Positions 48,012 to 58,200 of a stretch of 64,000 nt of DNA are shown piece after piece (the stretch's first letter is position 1; each line of letters opens with the position of its first letter). This stretch comes from an uncultured Eubacteriales bacterium. GTDB lineage: Bacteria; Acidobacteriota; Aminicenantia; Aminicenantales; Aminicenantaceae. The position numbers were made by a program, and so were the translations under genes. The notes beneath the pieces are model-generated. The model did not search any database, was not told the origin of the DNA, and saw only the letters and a program-made list of their open reading frames with translations. Location of the stretch: assembly GCA_964445575.1 (NCBI GenBank), contig CAYULB010000006.1, forward strand, positions 1,061-65,060. The letters are read 5' to 3'.

Positions 48012-49382
48012 ATGATAAAAAAAATGATGGGAAAAATCGGATTATTCTTAAAAGGGATTCGAATTTACCCTGCACGGTTTCTGGCCGTAAGTTTTGTGAT
48101 TACCATATTTATTGGAACAGTGCTGCTGTGCATGCCCTTCAGCGTCACTTCTGGCCCTATTTCATTTACAGATGCTCTGTTCACTTCAACTTCAGCGGTT
48201 TGTGTGACCGGGCTTATCGTTCAGGATACAGGCACTTATTTTTCTCCTGTAGGGCAGGTTATCATCATGATGCTTTTCCAAATCGGTGGTCTGGGGATTA
48301 TGACTTTTTCCACCCTTGTTCTTCTGGTGGCGGGGAAAAGCATTGCCATAAGAGACGGGATATCCCTTAAAGAAGATTTTATTCATTCCAAATCCATAAG
48401 AGTTCATTCTTTGATTAGGAATGTCTTTTTATACACTCTATGCATAGAAGCGTTGGGGACATTGTTTTTTTATTTAAAATTCCACCATGAATTTCCGAAT
48501 GGAAAAGCTTTGTTCCACTCTGTTTTTCACTCCATTTCTGCTTTTTGTAATGCAGGATTTTGTCTGTATAAGAACAGCTTTGAAGCGTTTCAAGGAGATA
48601 TCGGGGTCAACTTAAACCTCATTGTCCTCATAATTTTGGGAGGGCTTGGTTTTATGGTGCTGAGAGAAACCAGCGGTTTTTTTATTAAACTTCTCAAAAA
48701 ACAAAGGGTCAGATTTTCTCTGCACACCAAAGTGGTTTATAGAGTGACCTTTTTTCTTATCTTATTTTCTTCGGTTTTATTCTTTATCTTGGAGCACAAT
48801 CATTCATTGAAAAATTTTTCCCTTAAAAAAAAGATCCTCTCTTCAATTTTTCAAGTGGTGACTCCCCGGACAGCTGGTTTTAACACCATGGATTTAAACA
48901 CTTTGGGCCTGGGCATGGTTTTTTTCTTGATCATTTTGATGTTTATAGGAGCTTCTCCGGGCTCATCAGGGGGAGGAGTCAAGACCACCACTGCAGGAGC
49001 GGTGTTTGCTTTTTTAAGGTCAAAGATGTTAGCCCGTGAATCAGTCAGTCTATCTAACCGGACTCTCGGAGTTAAGCAGATAACCAAAGCTTTCACAGTC
49101 ATCACTCTTGGAATTTGTGTTACTTGTGTTTCCGTATTTATTCTTCTTATTACTCAACCCGGGGTGGAAATGAGGGAAGTTTTTTTTGAGGTTTTTTCAG
49201 CTTTTGGTACTGTGGGGCTTTCTCTAGGATTGACTCCTCGCTTGAATGACATAGGAAAGATTGTGATCATTCTGACCATGTATATTGGAAGGATCGGCCC
49301 TCTTACTTTTCTTTATATTTTCAGTCGTGAAATCCCTAAGGGAAGGTATGATTATGTTGAAGAATCCATCATGATTGGATAA
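48012..49382 (+). CDS. trkH: TrkH/KtrB-family potassium uptake membrane subunit
   Basis: Multiple M1-P-M2 repeats with selectivity-filter-like 'TGL', 'FQIGGLG', 'CNAGF', 'RTAGF' and 'TVGLS' segments. The track ORF starts at TTG 47967; ATG 48012 is more plausible. Confidence 0.85.
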   Translation: MIKKMMGKIGLFLKGIRIYPARFLAVSFVITIFIGTVLLCMPFSVTSGPISFTDALFTSTSAVCVTGLIVQDTGTYFSPVGQVIIMMLFQIGGLGIMTFSTLVLLVAGKSIAIRDGISLKEDFIHSKSIRVHSLIRNVFLYTLCIEALGTLFFYLKFHHEFPNGKALFHSVFHSISAFCNAGFCLYKNSFEAFQGDIGVNLNLIVLIILGGLGFMVLRETSGFFIKLLKKQRVRFSLHTKVVYRVTFFLILFSSVLFFILEHNHSLKNFSLKKKILSSIFQVVTPRTAGFNTMDLNTLGLGMVFFLIILMFIGASPGSSGGGVKTTTAGAVFAFLRSKMLARESVSLSNRTLGVKQITKAFTVITLGICVTCVSVFILLITQPGVEMREVFFEVFSAFGTVGLSLGLTPRLNDIGKIVIILTMYIGRIGPLTFLYIFSREIPKGRYDYVEESIMIG

Positions 49383-49384
49383 AA

Positions 49385-49538
49385 TTAACCTGACCTATTC
49401 ATAAAAAAATGGCGATTAAAATGAAAGTAAAAACAAACAAAAAGTTTTCAGTTATCATTTTTGTAAAAAGCATGTAAATCCTTGAAAGCAAAACAAAAGA
49501 TTGAACATCGCCATTTTTTTATGAATAATCCAGGTTAA
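49385..49538. mobile_element. MITE-like repeat element copy B (154 bp, 32-bp terminal inverted repeats)
   Basis: TTAACCTGACCTATTCATAAAAAAATGGCGAT (49385-49416) versus the reverse complement of ATCGCCATTTTTTTATGAATAATCCAGGTTAA (49507-49538) matches at 29 of 32 positions. A 90-bp AT-rich core with no ORF fills the trkH-trkA spacer. Confidence 0.6.
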
Positions 49539-49557
49539 TTGTCAGGAGAAAAAAACA

Positions 49558-50208
49558 ATGAAATTTGGAGTCATTGGGCTGGGGAGCTTTGGTTTACACA
49601 TAACAAAGACCTTATTTGAAATGGGAGAAGAGGTTCTGGCTATTGACCACGATAAAGATAGGGTTGATAAGGCTAAGAATCTTGCCTCCCACGCAGTACA
49701 CATGGAGGCAGCTGATAAAGAAAATCTAAAAGCCGTGGGGATCCGGGAGATGGATGTGGTGATCGTGAGTCTAGGCCCCAATATGGAGGGTTCCATACTC
49801 ACGGTCCATTATCTTTCTGAGATGAAGATTAAGCGCATCATAGCTAAGGCTCTTTCTGTAGATCACCAGAAGATACTGGAAGCTGTGGGGGCTTCAGATG
49901 TGATTTATCCTGAAAGAGATATGGCTGTGAAGACAGCCATGAAACTGAGCAATCCTAATGTCCTGGATTTTTTGCCTTTAACCTCTGGGATTGAGATAAG
50001 AGAAATCGCTCCTCCAGAGGAGTTCATAGGAAAAAGCCTGAAGGAATTGGATTTGATAAATAGATTTGAGATACAGGTCATAGCGGCTAGAGGTCTGATA
50101 CCGGAAAAAACCACTCTGATACCCAAAGCAGACTTTGTCATTAAAGACAGTGATATATTGGTAGTTATAGGGCCTAAAAAGCAGCTGAAAAAGTTGGGTT
50201 CAAAGTGA
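49558..50208 (+). CDS. trkA: TrkA/KtrA-type RCK-domain potassium uptake regulatory subunit
   Basis: 'KFGVIGLGSFG' Rossmann (TrkA-N) motif plus a C-terminal TrkA-C domain, 216 aa. Confidence 0.85.
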   Translation: MKFGVIGLGSFGLHITKTLFEMGEEVLAIDHDKDRVDKAKNLASHAVHMEAADKENLKAVGIREMDVVIVSLGPNMEGSILTVHYLSEMKIKRIIAKALSVDHQKILEAVGASDVIYPERDMAVKTAMKLSNPNVLDFLPLTSGIEIREIAPPEEFIGKSLKELDLINRFEIQVIAARGLIPEKTTLIPKADFVIKDSDILVVIGPKKQLKKLGSK

Positions 50209-52545
50209 CAAAATTTTTCTCAATATATCAAGTGCTACCTGTTTAGCAAAGGCACCGCTTTCTTTAACTGGTCCCACGCAGGAGGGACAGCCTTCTTTAC
50301 AGGGACACACATGGATGGTTTTCATGCAGTATTCAAGAAGCTTTTTCTCTAGCTCAAACAGAGACGGACTCAAGCCAATTCCGCCGGGGAAATTATCATA
50401 AATAAAGATATTGGGTTCAAAATTCTCTTGGGAAAAAATGATATTCTCTGCTTCTTTCAGCATTTTAAGCCTGATGTCTCTAGGGGGGACTGATTTGCCT
50501 GTAGAATTGTCTCCTACTGAAACTCCTATATCATGCAGGTCGCACATCATAAAAATAGGGGATACATGATGCAAACAGTAAGACAGGCCGAACAGGCCGT
50601 TAATTTTTTGTTCTGAAGAAAAGGAAAGGGATGAAAGAACAGGAGCGGGTATGGTTAGCCAGTAGGCTGTGGTGTGCATCTCATTCTGAGGAAGGGTCAG
50701 CTCCCCTGCCCCCACATTTTCCATGGTATGAAATTTGATTTTTTTAAAGCCCACCACCTGAGTGGCCACGTGCACTTCCCCATGGGATATGCTGAAGTTT
50801 TCCAAGCTTTTCTGATCGAATTCGTCTAAAATCTTTATCTTGGTGTAATCAATGGCATCGGTGTAGTAGTCTACGTCTGTTTTCTTGACATAAGCTTTCC
50901 TCTGTTCAAAGTCGAGTTTTTCTACGTAATACTGCTCTCCTTCGCACATGTATATGGCTTTAGGATGAAGTGCTGTGAGAGCAGAGGAAAAATCAACCTC
51001 TGCAATCACATCAGTCTTTTTTGTCAGATCCACCACCACAAAATTATCCGAACTTATGCTCCTGAGACTGACTTCGTCAGCAGGATAGGCTTCAGATGTC
51101 CAGTGCCATTTGCCTTTGGAATGCATGACCAGGTTTTCGTCTTCCAGAAAGCGGAGAATGTCCTCTATATTGACTTTTCCAAATTTTTCTCCATCTTTAA
51201 AGGGAAGTTCAAACACAGCACATTCAATATGACTGACCAGGATTGACAGATTGTCTGGATTTATCAGAGCCTTTTCAGGGTTTTTTGAGAAAAAGTAATC
51301 CGGATTATTGATGATGAACTGATCCAGAGGGGAGCTGGAGGCGACCAGGACAGCTGCAGAAATGCCTGACCTGCGGCCAGCCCTGCCTGACCGCTGCCAG
51401 GTACTGGAAATGGTTCCCGGATATCCCGCTAAAACAGCCACGTCCAGACTGCCTATATCAATTCCCAGCTCCAGGGCGTTAGTGGAGACCACACCCAGTA
51501 TTTTCCCTTCTCTTAAATTCTTTTCGATTTCTCTTCTTTTTTTCGGGAGATATCCTCCTCGGTAGCCCCGTATGATTCCCTCTTTTCTGACTTTATCTTC
51601 AAAATCTTTTTTGAGATAAGTGAGAAGCACTTCAGTGATGAGGCGGCTCTGAGCAAAGACAATCGTCTGAAGGTTATTTTTGATAAAGATTGAGGCCACA
51701 GACCGAGCCTCTCCCACATAGGAGCGTCTGATGCCTAAGTATTTGTTGACCACCGGAGGATTGTAAAATATAAAATGTTTTTCTCCTTGGGGAGCTCCGT
51801 TATCATCTATGAGGGTAACGGGTTCCTCTATTGTCTTCTGGGCCATTTCAACTGGATTGGCAATAGTGGCAGTGCAGAGAATAAATTGAGGTGATGAGCC
51901 GTAGAAACGGGCGATTCTTTTAAGCCTTCTTAAAATATTTGCCAGATGGCTCCCGAATATCCCCCTGTAATTATGAAGCTCATCAATAACTATGTACTTT
52001 AAATTTTCAAACAGTTTGATCCATTTGGTGTGATGAGGAAGAATTCCTGTGTGAAGCATGTCAGGATTTGTGAGGATGATATGTCCCCTTGCTCTTATGG
52101 CCTTCCGGGCATCCTGGGGAGTGTCTCCGTCATAGGTAAAAATTCTGATTTCTTCGGGCAGAAGTTTAATGGTTTCATCCAGTTCGGATTTCTGGTCCTG
52201 CGATAATGCCTTTGTAGGGAAAAGATAGATCGATCTGGAGGAGGGATTTTTCAGAATAGAATCCAGGACTGGGAGATTGTAGCACAGAGTTTTTCCTGAG
52301 GCGGTGGGGGTCACAACCACGATATTTTTGTTTTCCCGGCAGAGCTGCCAGGAATCAAATTGATGTGAGTAGAGTTTGGAAAATCCCTTTTCTTTGAAAG
52401 CTTTTTCAAGGGAAGGATGGATGTCTGGGGGATATTCTTTATAGCGGCCCTGTTTGGGAGGGAGGTGTTTGATTATTTTAATGGAGTCGGTTCGGCTTCC
52501 TTCCACTCTTAATCGGTCCAGGGATTTTAAAATATTCTTTCCCAT
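50200..52545 (-). CDS. DEAD/DEAH-box helicase with C-terminal four-Cys zinc domain (MrfA/YprA-like, DUF1998-type)
   Basis: Motif I 'TPTASGKT', motif II 'VIDELH', motif VI 'QRSGRAGRR'. C-terminal 'HVCPCKEGCPSCVGP' cysteine cluster. Confidence 0.85.
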   Translation of the reverse strand: MGKNILKSLDRLRVEGSRTDSIKIIKHLPPKQGRYKEYPPDIHPSLEKAFKEKGFSKLYSHQFDSWQLCRENKNIVVVTPTASGKTLCYNLPVLDSILKNPSSRSIYLFPTKALSQDQKSELDETIKLLPEEIRIFTYDGDTPQDARKAIRARGHIILTNPDMLHTGILPHHTKWIKLFENLKYIVIDELHNYRGIFGSHLANILRRLKRIARFYGSSPQFILCTATIANPVEMAQKTIEEPVTLIDDNGAPQGEKHFIFYNPPVVNKYLGIRRSYVGEARSVASIFIKNNLQTIVFAQSRLITEVLLTYLKKDFEDKVRKEGIIRGYRGGYLPKKRREIEKNLREGKILGVVSTNALELGIDIGSLDVAVLAGYPGTISSTWQRSGRAGRRSGISAAVLVASSSPLDQFIINNPDYFFSKNPEKALINPDNLSILVSHIECAVFELPFKDGEKFGKVNIEDILRFLEDENLVMHSKGKWHWTSEAYPADEVSLRSISSDNFVVVDLTKKTDVIAEVDFSSALTALHPKAIYMCEGEQYYVEKLDFEQRKAYVKKTDVDYYTDAIDYTKIKILDEFDQKSLENFSISHGEVHVATQVVGFKKIKFHTMENVGAGELTLPQNEMHTTAYWLTIPAPVLSSLSFSSEQKINGLFGLSYCLHHVSPIFMMCDLHDIGVSVGDNSTGKSVPPRDIRLKMLKEAENIIFSQENFEPNIFIYDNFPGGIGLSPSLFELEKKLLEYCMKTIHVCPCKEGCPSCVGPVKESGAFAKQVALDILRKILSL

Positions 52546-52740
52546 AATTTTTCATATTAACTCATTTTGGTCAATATATAAAGACGGTTTCAAAAATGAT
52601 TTTTAGGTGAAGTAAACGTCTCCAGAAACGTTATGAGGGGAGAGGGCAAAATATAATATATATATATCACAGAAAAAAAAAGGTTTCTTAAGTGAGAAGA
52701 AAGTTGCCTATCAATAAAGAAAAGACTAAAATAATTGGTC

Positions 52741-55266
52741 ATGTTTAGTGAGATAAAAATTAAAAAGGCTGCGCAGCATAATCTTAAAAATATAGATGTC
52801 AATCTTCCCAGAAACAAGATGATTGTTATCACTGGACCCAGCGGGTCTGGAAAATCCTCCCTTGCTTTTGATACCTTGTTTGCTGAAGGCCAGAGGAGGT
52901 ATATTGAATGCTTGTCAGCTTATGCCAGACAGTACCTCGAACAGATGGAAAAACCAGAGATGGAATCCATTGAAGGGATATCTCCCTCCATTTCCATTGA
53001 CCAGAGAACCATTTCCACAAACCCGCGTTCCACAGTAGGGACTGTGATCGAGGTGTATGACTTTCTGAGGCTGCTGTTTGCAAGGGTAGGCACCCCTCAT
53101 TGTCCTCAATGCGGCCGCAAAGTAAGCTCTCAGACTTCCCAACAGATATTAGAAAAAATATTACAGAAAAATAAAGGCCGTACCTTAAAAATTCTTTCTC
53201 CGGTTGTCAAAGGGAGAAAAGGAGAATATGGAAAGCTGTTTGAGAGGATGAGGAAAAAAGGATTTCTTTGGGCCAGGGTGGATGGGCAGTTTCGTGAGCT
53301 GGAGAGTGAAATAAGTTTAACCAGAACTAAAATACATCATATTGAAGTTTTAGTGGATGAAGTGGCTGTATCCTCAGAATCAGCTTCAAGACTCAAGGAG
53401 TCGGTTGAAAAAGCCTTAGAAATGTCAGAGGGAGACCTGATTCTGGTGGATGAAAAAGGAGACGAGGTCCTCTATTCTTTGAATCTCCTGTGTCCTTTTT
53501 GTGAGATCAGTCTTCCTGAGCTGGAGCCCCGAACGTTTTCCTTTAACAGTCCGTACGGAGCCTGTCCCCACTGCAATGGTATTGGATTCAAGACAACTTC
53601 AGACAGCCGGGGAAAGCTTGGTGTGAGTGAGGAACTGTGCCCTTTTTGCATGGGGAGCCGCCTGAGAAAGGAAAGTCTGTCAGTAAAAATAAAAAACAAA
53701 AATATTTTTGAATTGAGCTGCCTCCCCATTCAAAGGCTGAGGCAGGAACTTCAGAGCTTTGGGTTTGATGATAAAGACCGCTTCATAGCAGCTAGGATTC
53801 TAAAGGAAATCCATTCCCGTCTTTTTGTCATGGACAGGTTAGGAATGTCCTATCTTCATTTAGCAAGGACCACCAGTTCACTTTCGGGAGGAGAAGCGCG
53901 CCGGATTCGTCTGGCGGCCCAGGTTGGAATTCAGTTGAGAGGGGTGCTTTATGTGCTGGATGAACCAACCATAGGGCTTCACCAAAAAGACAACCAGAGA
54001 CTCATCTCTCTGCTGAAAGAAGTAAGAGATCAGGGAAATTCTGTGGTGGTGGTTGAACATGACGAACAGACCATTCGTTCAGCAGACTTTATTTTGGATT
54101 TGGGACCTGGAGCCGGTGAAAAAGGGGGAGAGAAAGTTGCGGAAGGAAGCTTTGAACAGATTGTCTCATCTTATGATTCATTGACTTCAAAGTACCTAAG
54201 ACATCAGAAATTTATTTCCACACCCAAAAAAAGAAGAATTCCCAAAAGATGGTTGACTATCAAGAATGCGGCTGAACACAATTTGAAGAACATTGATGTT
54301 CAATTTCCGGTTTCAGCTTTTACTGTGGTCACAGGTCTTTCTGGATCGGGAAAAAGCACTCTGGTCTATGATATTCTGTATAAGAAGCTGTCAAACATTT
54401 ATCACAATTCAAAAAGCAGACCAGGAACCCATGATTCTATTACAGGGATAGAAAGCATTAACAAAGTGGTCTCTGTTGATCAGAAACCGATCGGGAGGAC
54501 TCCTCGTTCCAATCCAGCAACCTACACGGGATTATTTACTGAATTGAGAAAACTGTTTGCTATGACCCCAGAGGCTAAAATGAGGGGATTCAAGCCGGGC
54601 AGATTCAGCTTTAATATCCCCGGAGGGAGATGTGAAGAATGCCGTGGTGCAGGATTGAGAAAAATTGAAATGCATTTCCTCCCGGATGTTTTTGTCACAT
54701 GTGACCGATGCGGAGGAAGACGTTATAATAAAGAAACCCTCGAAGTTCGCTACAAGGGAAAAACCACTGCAGATTTTCTTGAAATGACAGTCAGTGAGGC
54801 CTATGAATATTTGAAAGCTCATCCCAAGTTGAAATCCAAATTAGGAATACTGAATCGGGTAGGCCTCAGTTATCTCCGACTTGGACAGCCTGCCCCTCAG
54901 CTTTCAGGTGGAGAGGCTCAGAGGATCAAGCTGACCAAGGAATTGAGCAAAAAAAACACCGGGCAGACAGTTTATATCTTAGACGAACCCACCACCGGAC
55001 TTCATTTTGATGATGTCAGAAAGCTTTTAAAAGTACTTTCTGAACTGGTCACTTTAGGAAATACAGTTATTGTTATTGAACATAATCTTGATGTTATTAA
55101 GTTTGCGGATTATATTATTGATTTGGGGCCTGAAGGGGGAGATGAAGGAGGGTGGGTCGTGGCTTCTGGTTCCCCTGAAAGAGTGGCGGAAGAAAAAAAG
55201 TCTTATACTGGTTGGTTTTTGAAAAAAGTGCTTCAGGGGGACAAAAGTTTTTTTAAAAAAAATTAA
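52741..55266 (+). CDS. uvrA: excinuclease ABC subunit A (about 841 aa, shorter than usual)
   Basis: Two ABC modules ('GPSGSGKSSLAFDT', 'GLSGSGKSTLVYD', two 'LSGGEA' signatures) and zinc modules 'HCPQC'/'CPFC', 'CPHC'/'CPFC', 'CEEC...CDRC'. ATG at 52741. Confidence 0.92.
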   Translation: MFSEIKIKKAAQHNLKNIDVNLPRNKMIVITGPSGSGKSSLAFDTLFAEGQRRYIECLSAYARQYLEQMEKPEMESIEGISPSISIDQRTISTNPRSTVGTVIEVYDFLRLLFARVGTPHCPQCGRKVSSQTSQQILEKILQKNKGRTLKILSPVVKGRKGEYGKLFERMRKKGFLWARVDGQFRELESEISLTRTKIHHIEVLVDEVAVSSESASRLKESVEKALEMSEGDLILVDEKGDEVLYSLNLLCPFCEISLPELEPRTFSFNSPYGACPHCNGIGFKTTSDSRGKLGVSEELCPFCMGSRLRKESLSVKIKNKNIFELSCLPIQRLRQELQSFGFDDKDRFIAARILKEIHSRLFVMDRLGMSYLHLARTTSSLSGGEARRIRLAAQVGIQLRGVLYVLDEPTIGLHQKDNQRLISLLKEVRDQGNSVVVVEHDEQTIRSADFILDLGPGAGEKGGEKVAEGSFEQIVSSYDSLTSKYLRHQKFISTPKKRRIPKRWLTIKNAAEHNLKNIDVQFPVSAFTVVTGLSGSGKSTLVYDILYKKLSNIYHNSKSRPGTHDSITGIESINKVVSVDQKPIGRTPRSNPATYTGLFTELRKLFAMTPEAKMRGFKPGRFSFNIPGGRCEECRGAGLRKIEMHFLPDVFVTCDRCGGRRYNKETLEVRYKGKTTADFLEMTVSEAYEYLKAHPKLKSKLGILNRVGLSYLRLGQPAPQLSGGEAQRIKLTKELSKKNTGQTVYILDEPTTGLHFDDVRKLLKVLSELVTLGNTVIVIEHNLDVIKFADYIIDLGPEGGDEGGWVVASGSPERVAEEKKSYTGWFLKKVLQGDKSFFKKN

Positions 55267-55279
55267 GATTGGAGGAAAA

Positions 55280-58200
55280 ATGAGAAAAAACAAATCCTCG
55301 GGTTTGGTGTCATTGTCAGTATGTTTTGCTTTGATTTTTCTTTTTCAGAGCGTTCTTTTGGGAGAAAAAGCATTATCTACCGAACAGTTGGATATCTTCA
55401 AATGGAGACATATCGGACCCTTTACTTTTTCAGGAAGAATGACTGACTTTGCTGTTCCCAAAGGTCAAAGTAAGGTGTATTATGTAGCCACTGCTTCTGG
55501 AGGGATATGGAAGACAGAGGACGGAGGGATCAGCTTCTCATCCATATTTGACGACTATGGAAACATGAGTATAGGAAATATTGCCGTGGCTCCCTCAGAC
55601 CCGAACAGAGTGTATGTAGGCACCGGTGAAGCATTGCACGCAAGGTCGAGCGCCCACGGAAATGGAATGTGGAGGTCTGATGATGCGGGGAAGACATGGA
55701 AGCACATTGGTCTTGAGGAAAGTTATTTCATTCCTAAAATAGCAGTGGATCATAAAAATCCAGACATCGTGTATGTAGCGGCTGAAGGGAAACTCTATGA
55801 TAATGAAATGGACTGTCAGCGGGGATTGTATAAAACAGTGGATGGCGGAGAGACATGGGAGAGAGTGCTGGACCTCAAAGACAGAGGCGTGGGTGATTTT
55901 GTCATTGATCCTACCAATTCTAATGTGGTCATAGCTGGGGCCTATAAGACCTACAGAAGGACCTGGACTTTTATTGACAGACAGCCTGAAAACCATTTTT
56001 ATAAAACAGTGGATGGTGGAAAGACCTGGAAGAAATTGACCAACGGCCTTCCTTTGGATATAAAGACAGGCTGGAACGGCATAACCCTATATCCCAAGGA
56101 CTCCCGTATTGTCTATATACGCATGGACGAGGAAGTGGACCTCGGTTTGGACCAGCGCGAGAACCGGCAGCTCTACAGAGCGGGCCGTTTGTTTAAAGAT
56201 GATTATTATTTCAACAAGTTCAAGGCTTATAAAATAGCTCCAGCTCTTATGAAGATGGTTGATTTTGAGCCTCTTGCTGCAGAAAACGAAAGGGAATTAG
56301 TGGAAAAGATCAATGAATTGATAAAGGATAAGGATTTCCTCAAAGATACAGATGTAAACCTGGATGAGTTTATAAAAAAAGCAAAGCAGGTCTATAAAAA
56401 GCAGGATGATATTCTTGATGAGATGGCAGAAGTTGAAGAGCTGCTGAATGAAGCAAAACAATCTGAACAAAAACAAGGGGAAGAAGAAGGAGATGAAAAA
56501 GAACCTAAAGGAAGGCATCAAGTCTTCAACCGGTTTGTCATTCAGACTCTTTATGCTCCTGTTTTTCAAGCCATGGAACCTGTGACCAAATCAGGAGTTA
56601 TCTATCGATCTGAAGACCAGGGAGAGACCTGGAGGAGAATGACTGAATACAAAATATCCGGCGGAAGCATCCAGGTCAATGACATCGAAGCTGGTTATTC
56701 AGGAAGGATTGAAGTGGATCCAAACAATGACCAGATTCTGTATGCGGTGGAAGTCTATCCCAAAGTTTCTGAAGATGGAGGAAAGACCTTTAAAAATACC
56801 ACCTGGTCGGGATGGCACAAATGCCATGTGGATATGAGGGGAATATGGATCGACCCTCTTGATTCGGATCATATTTTATCTGCCAATGACGGGGGAGTCA
56901 GTGAAACTTGGGATAGAGGAAAGCACTGGTCGCAAAAAGAAACCATAAGCGCCCAACAGTTTTACGACATATCCGTTGATAATGAAATGCCTTATCATGT
57001 GATGGGCGGAACCCAGGATAACGGCAGTTGGATCGGCCCCTCGCAGAACAGGAATCAGTATGGAGTTTATCCTGCGGACTGGACTTATCTTCCCTCAGGA
57101 GATGGTTTTTATGTGGTCAGGGACTGGTGGAACCCAGAGTTTATTTATTTTGAAAGTCAGTTTGGCAATTCCAGAAGGATGAATTTAAAAACCGGAGAAA
57201 TCATCAGCCTTTCCAAGCGAAACACTCAGGAGGAAAGAGAAGCCGGCAAAGACCCTGAAAGGTATCAGTGGGATGCGCCTATAGTGCTGTCCCCCCACAA
57301 CCCAGGGATTGTGTATGTCTGTTCCCAGCATGTGCATATGTCCGCCAGCCGGGGAGAACCCGGTACTTTTGTGACCATAAGTCCTGACCTTTCCAAGAAA
57401 AATAAAGAACGGATTGAGCTTTCTAAACTGACCAATCTTCAGTACGCCACTATCTATACCTTTGCAGAATCACCTGTTAAACCCGGTGTGTACTGGGCTG
57501 GAACTGATGACGGGAACCTCCAGCTCAGCACTGACGGAGGAAACAGCTGGATCAATATCACGGAAAAGTTCTATCAGGAAAACAGCAAACCAAAAACAGG
57601 AGCACAAGAAGCCAGAATTCCTTATGACAGATGGGTGACTAAAGTGGAGCCTTCAGCACACAAACTGGAACGATGCTATGTCACTTATTCTGGTTACAGG
57701 ACTCATAATGAGGATGATTCCTATATATATGTGACAGAAGATATGGGGAAGACATGGAAAAACCTATCCGGAGGAATGAAAAATCCAGTTAGAGATATTG
57801 AAGAGGACCCCGATAATCCAGATATTCTTTATCTGGCAACTGATTACGGGCTTTTTGTGTCAATTGACAGAGGAGAGACGTGGGAAAATATGTCTTCTTC
57901 AGCCCCTGATGTGATCATCATGAGTCTGGACATCCAGGAAAGGGAAAGAGATCTGGCCATAGGGACCTACGGAAGAGGCATATACACAGCGGATATATAT
58001 CCGTTTAAAGAGTTTTCCAATGAAGCCTTAGAGAAAGAACACCATCTCTTTGAGATTCAGCGGGCTGTGAAATGGAATAGGTATGAGCGAAGAGGCCAGA
58101 CCTATGGAGAATTTGCGAGAGTACCCAATCCGGATGTGGGGGCCACATTTTATTATTTTCTTAAAGAGAAGACAGAGCCTGTGAAGATATCCATTAGAGA

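Noticed and set aside
52546-52740. LexA/SOS box between the helicase and uvrA
   Set aside because: I found no CTGT-N8-ACAG or GAAC-N4-GTTC palindrome. The lineage-specific operator is unknown, so no call is made.
52590-52832. 80-aa minus-strand ORF in the helicase-uvrA divergent region
   Set aside because: It overlaps the uvrA 5' end, its sequence is Ile/Phe/Leu low-complexity, and it has no RBS. It is probably an artefact of the AT-rich spacer.
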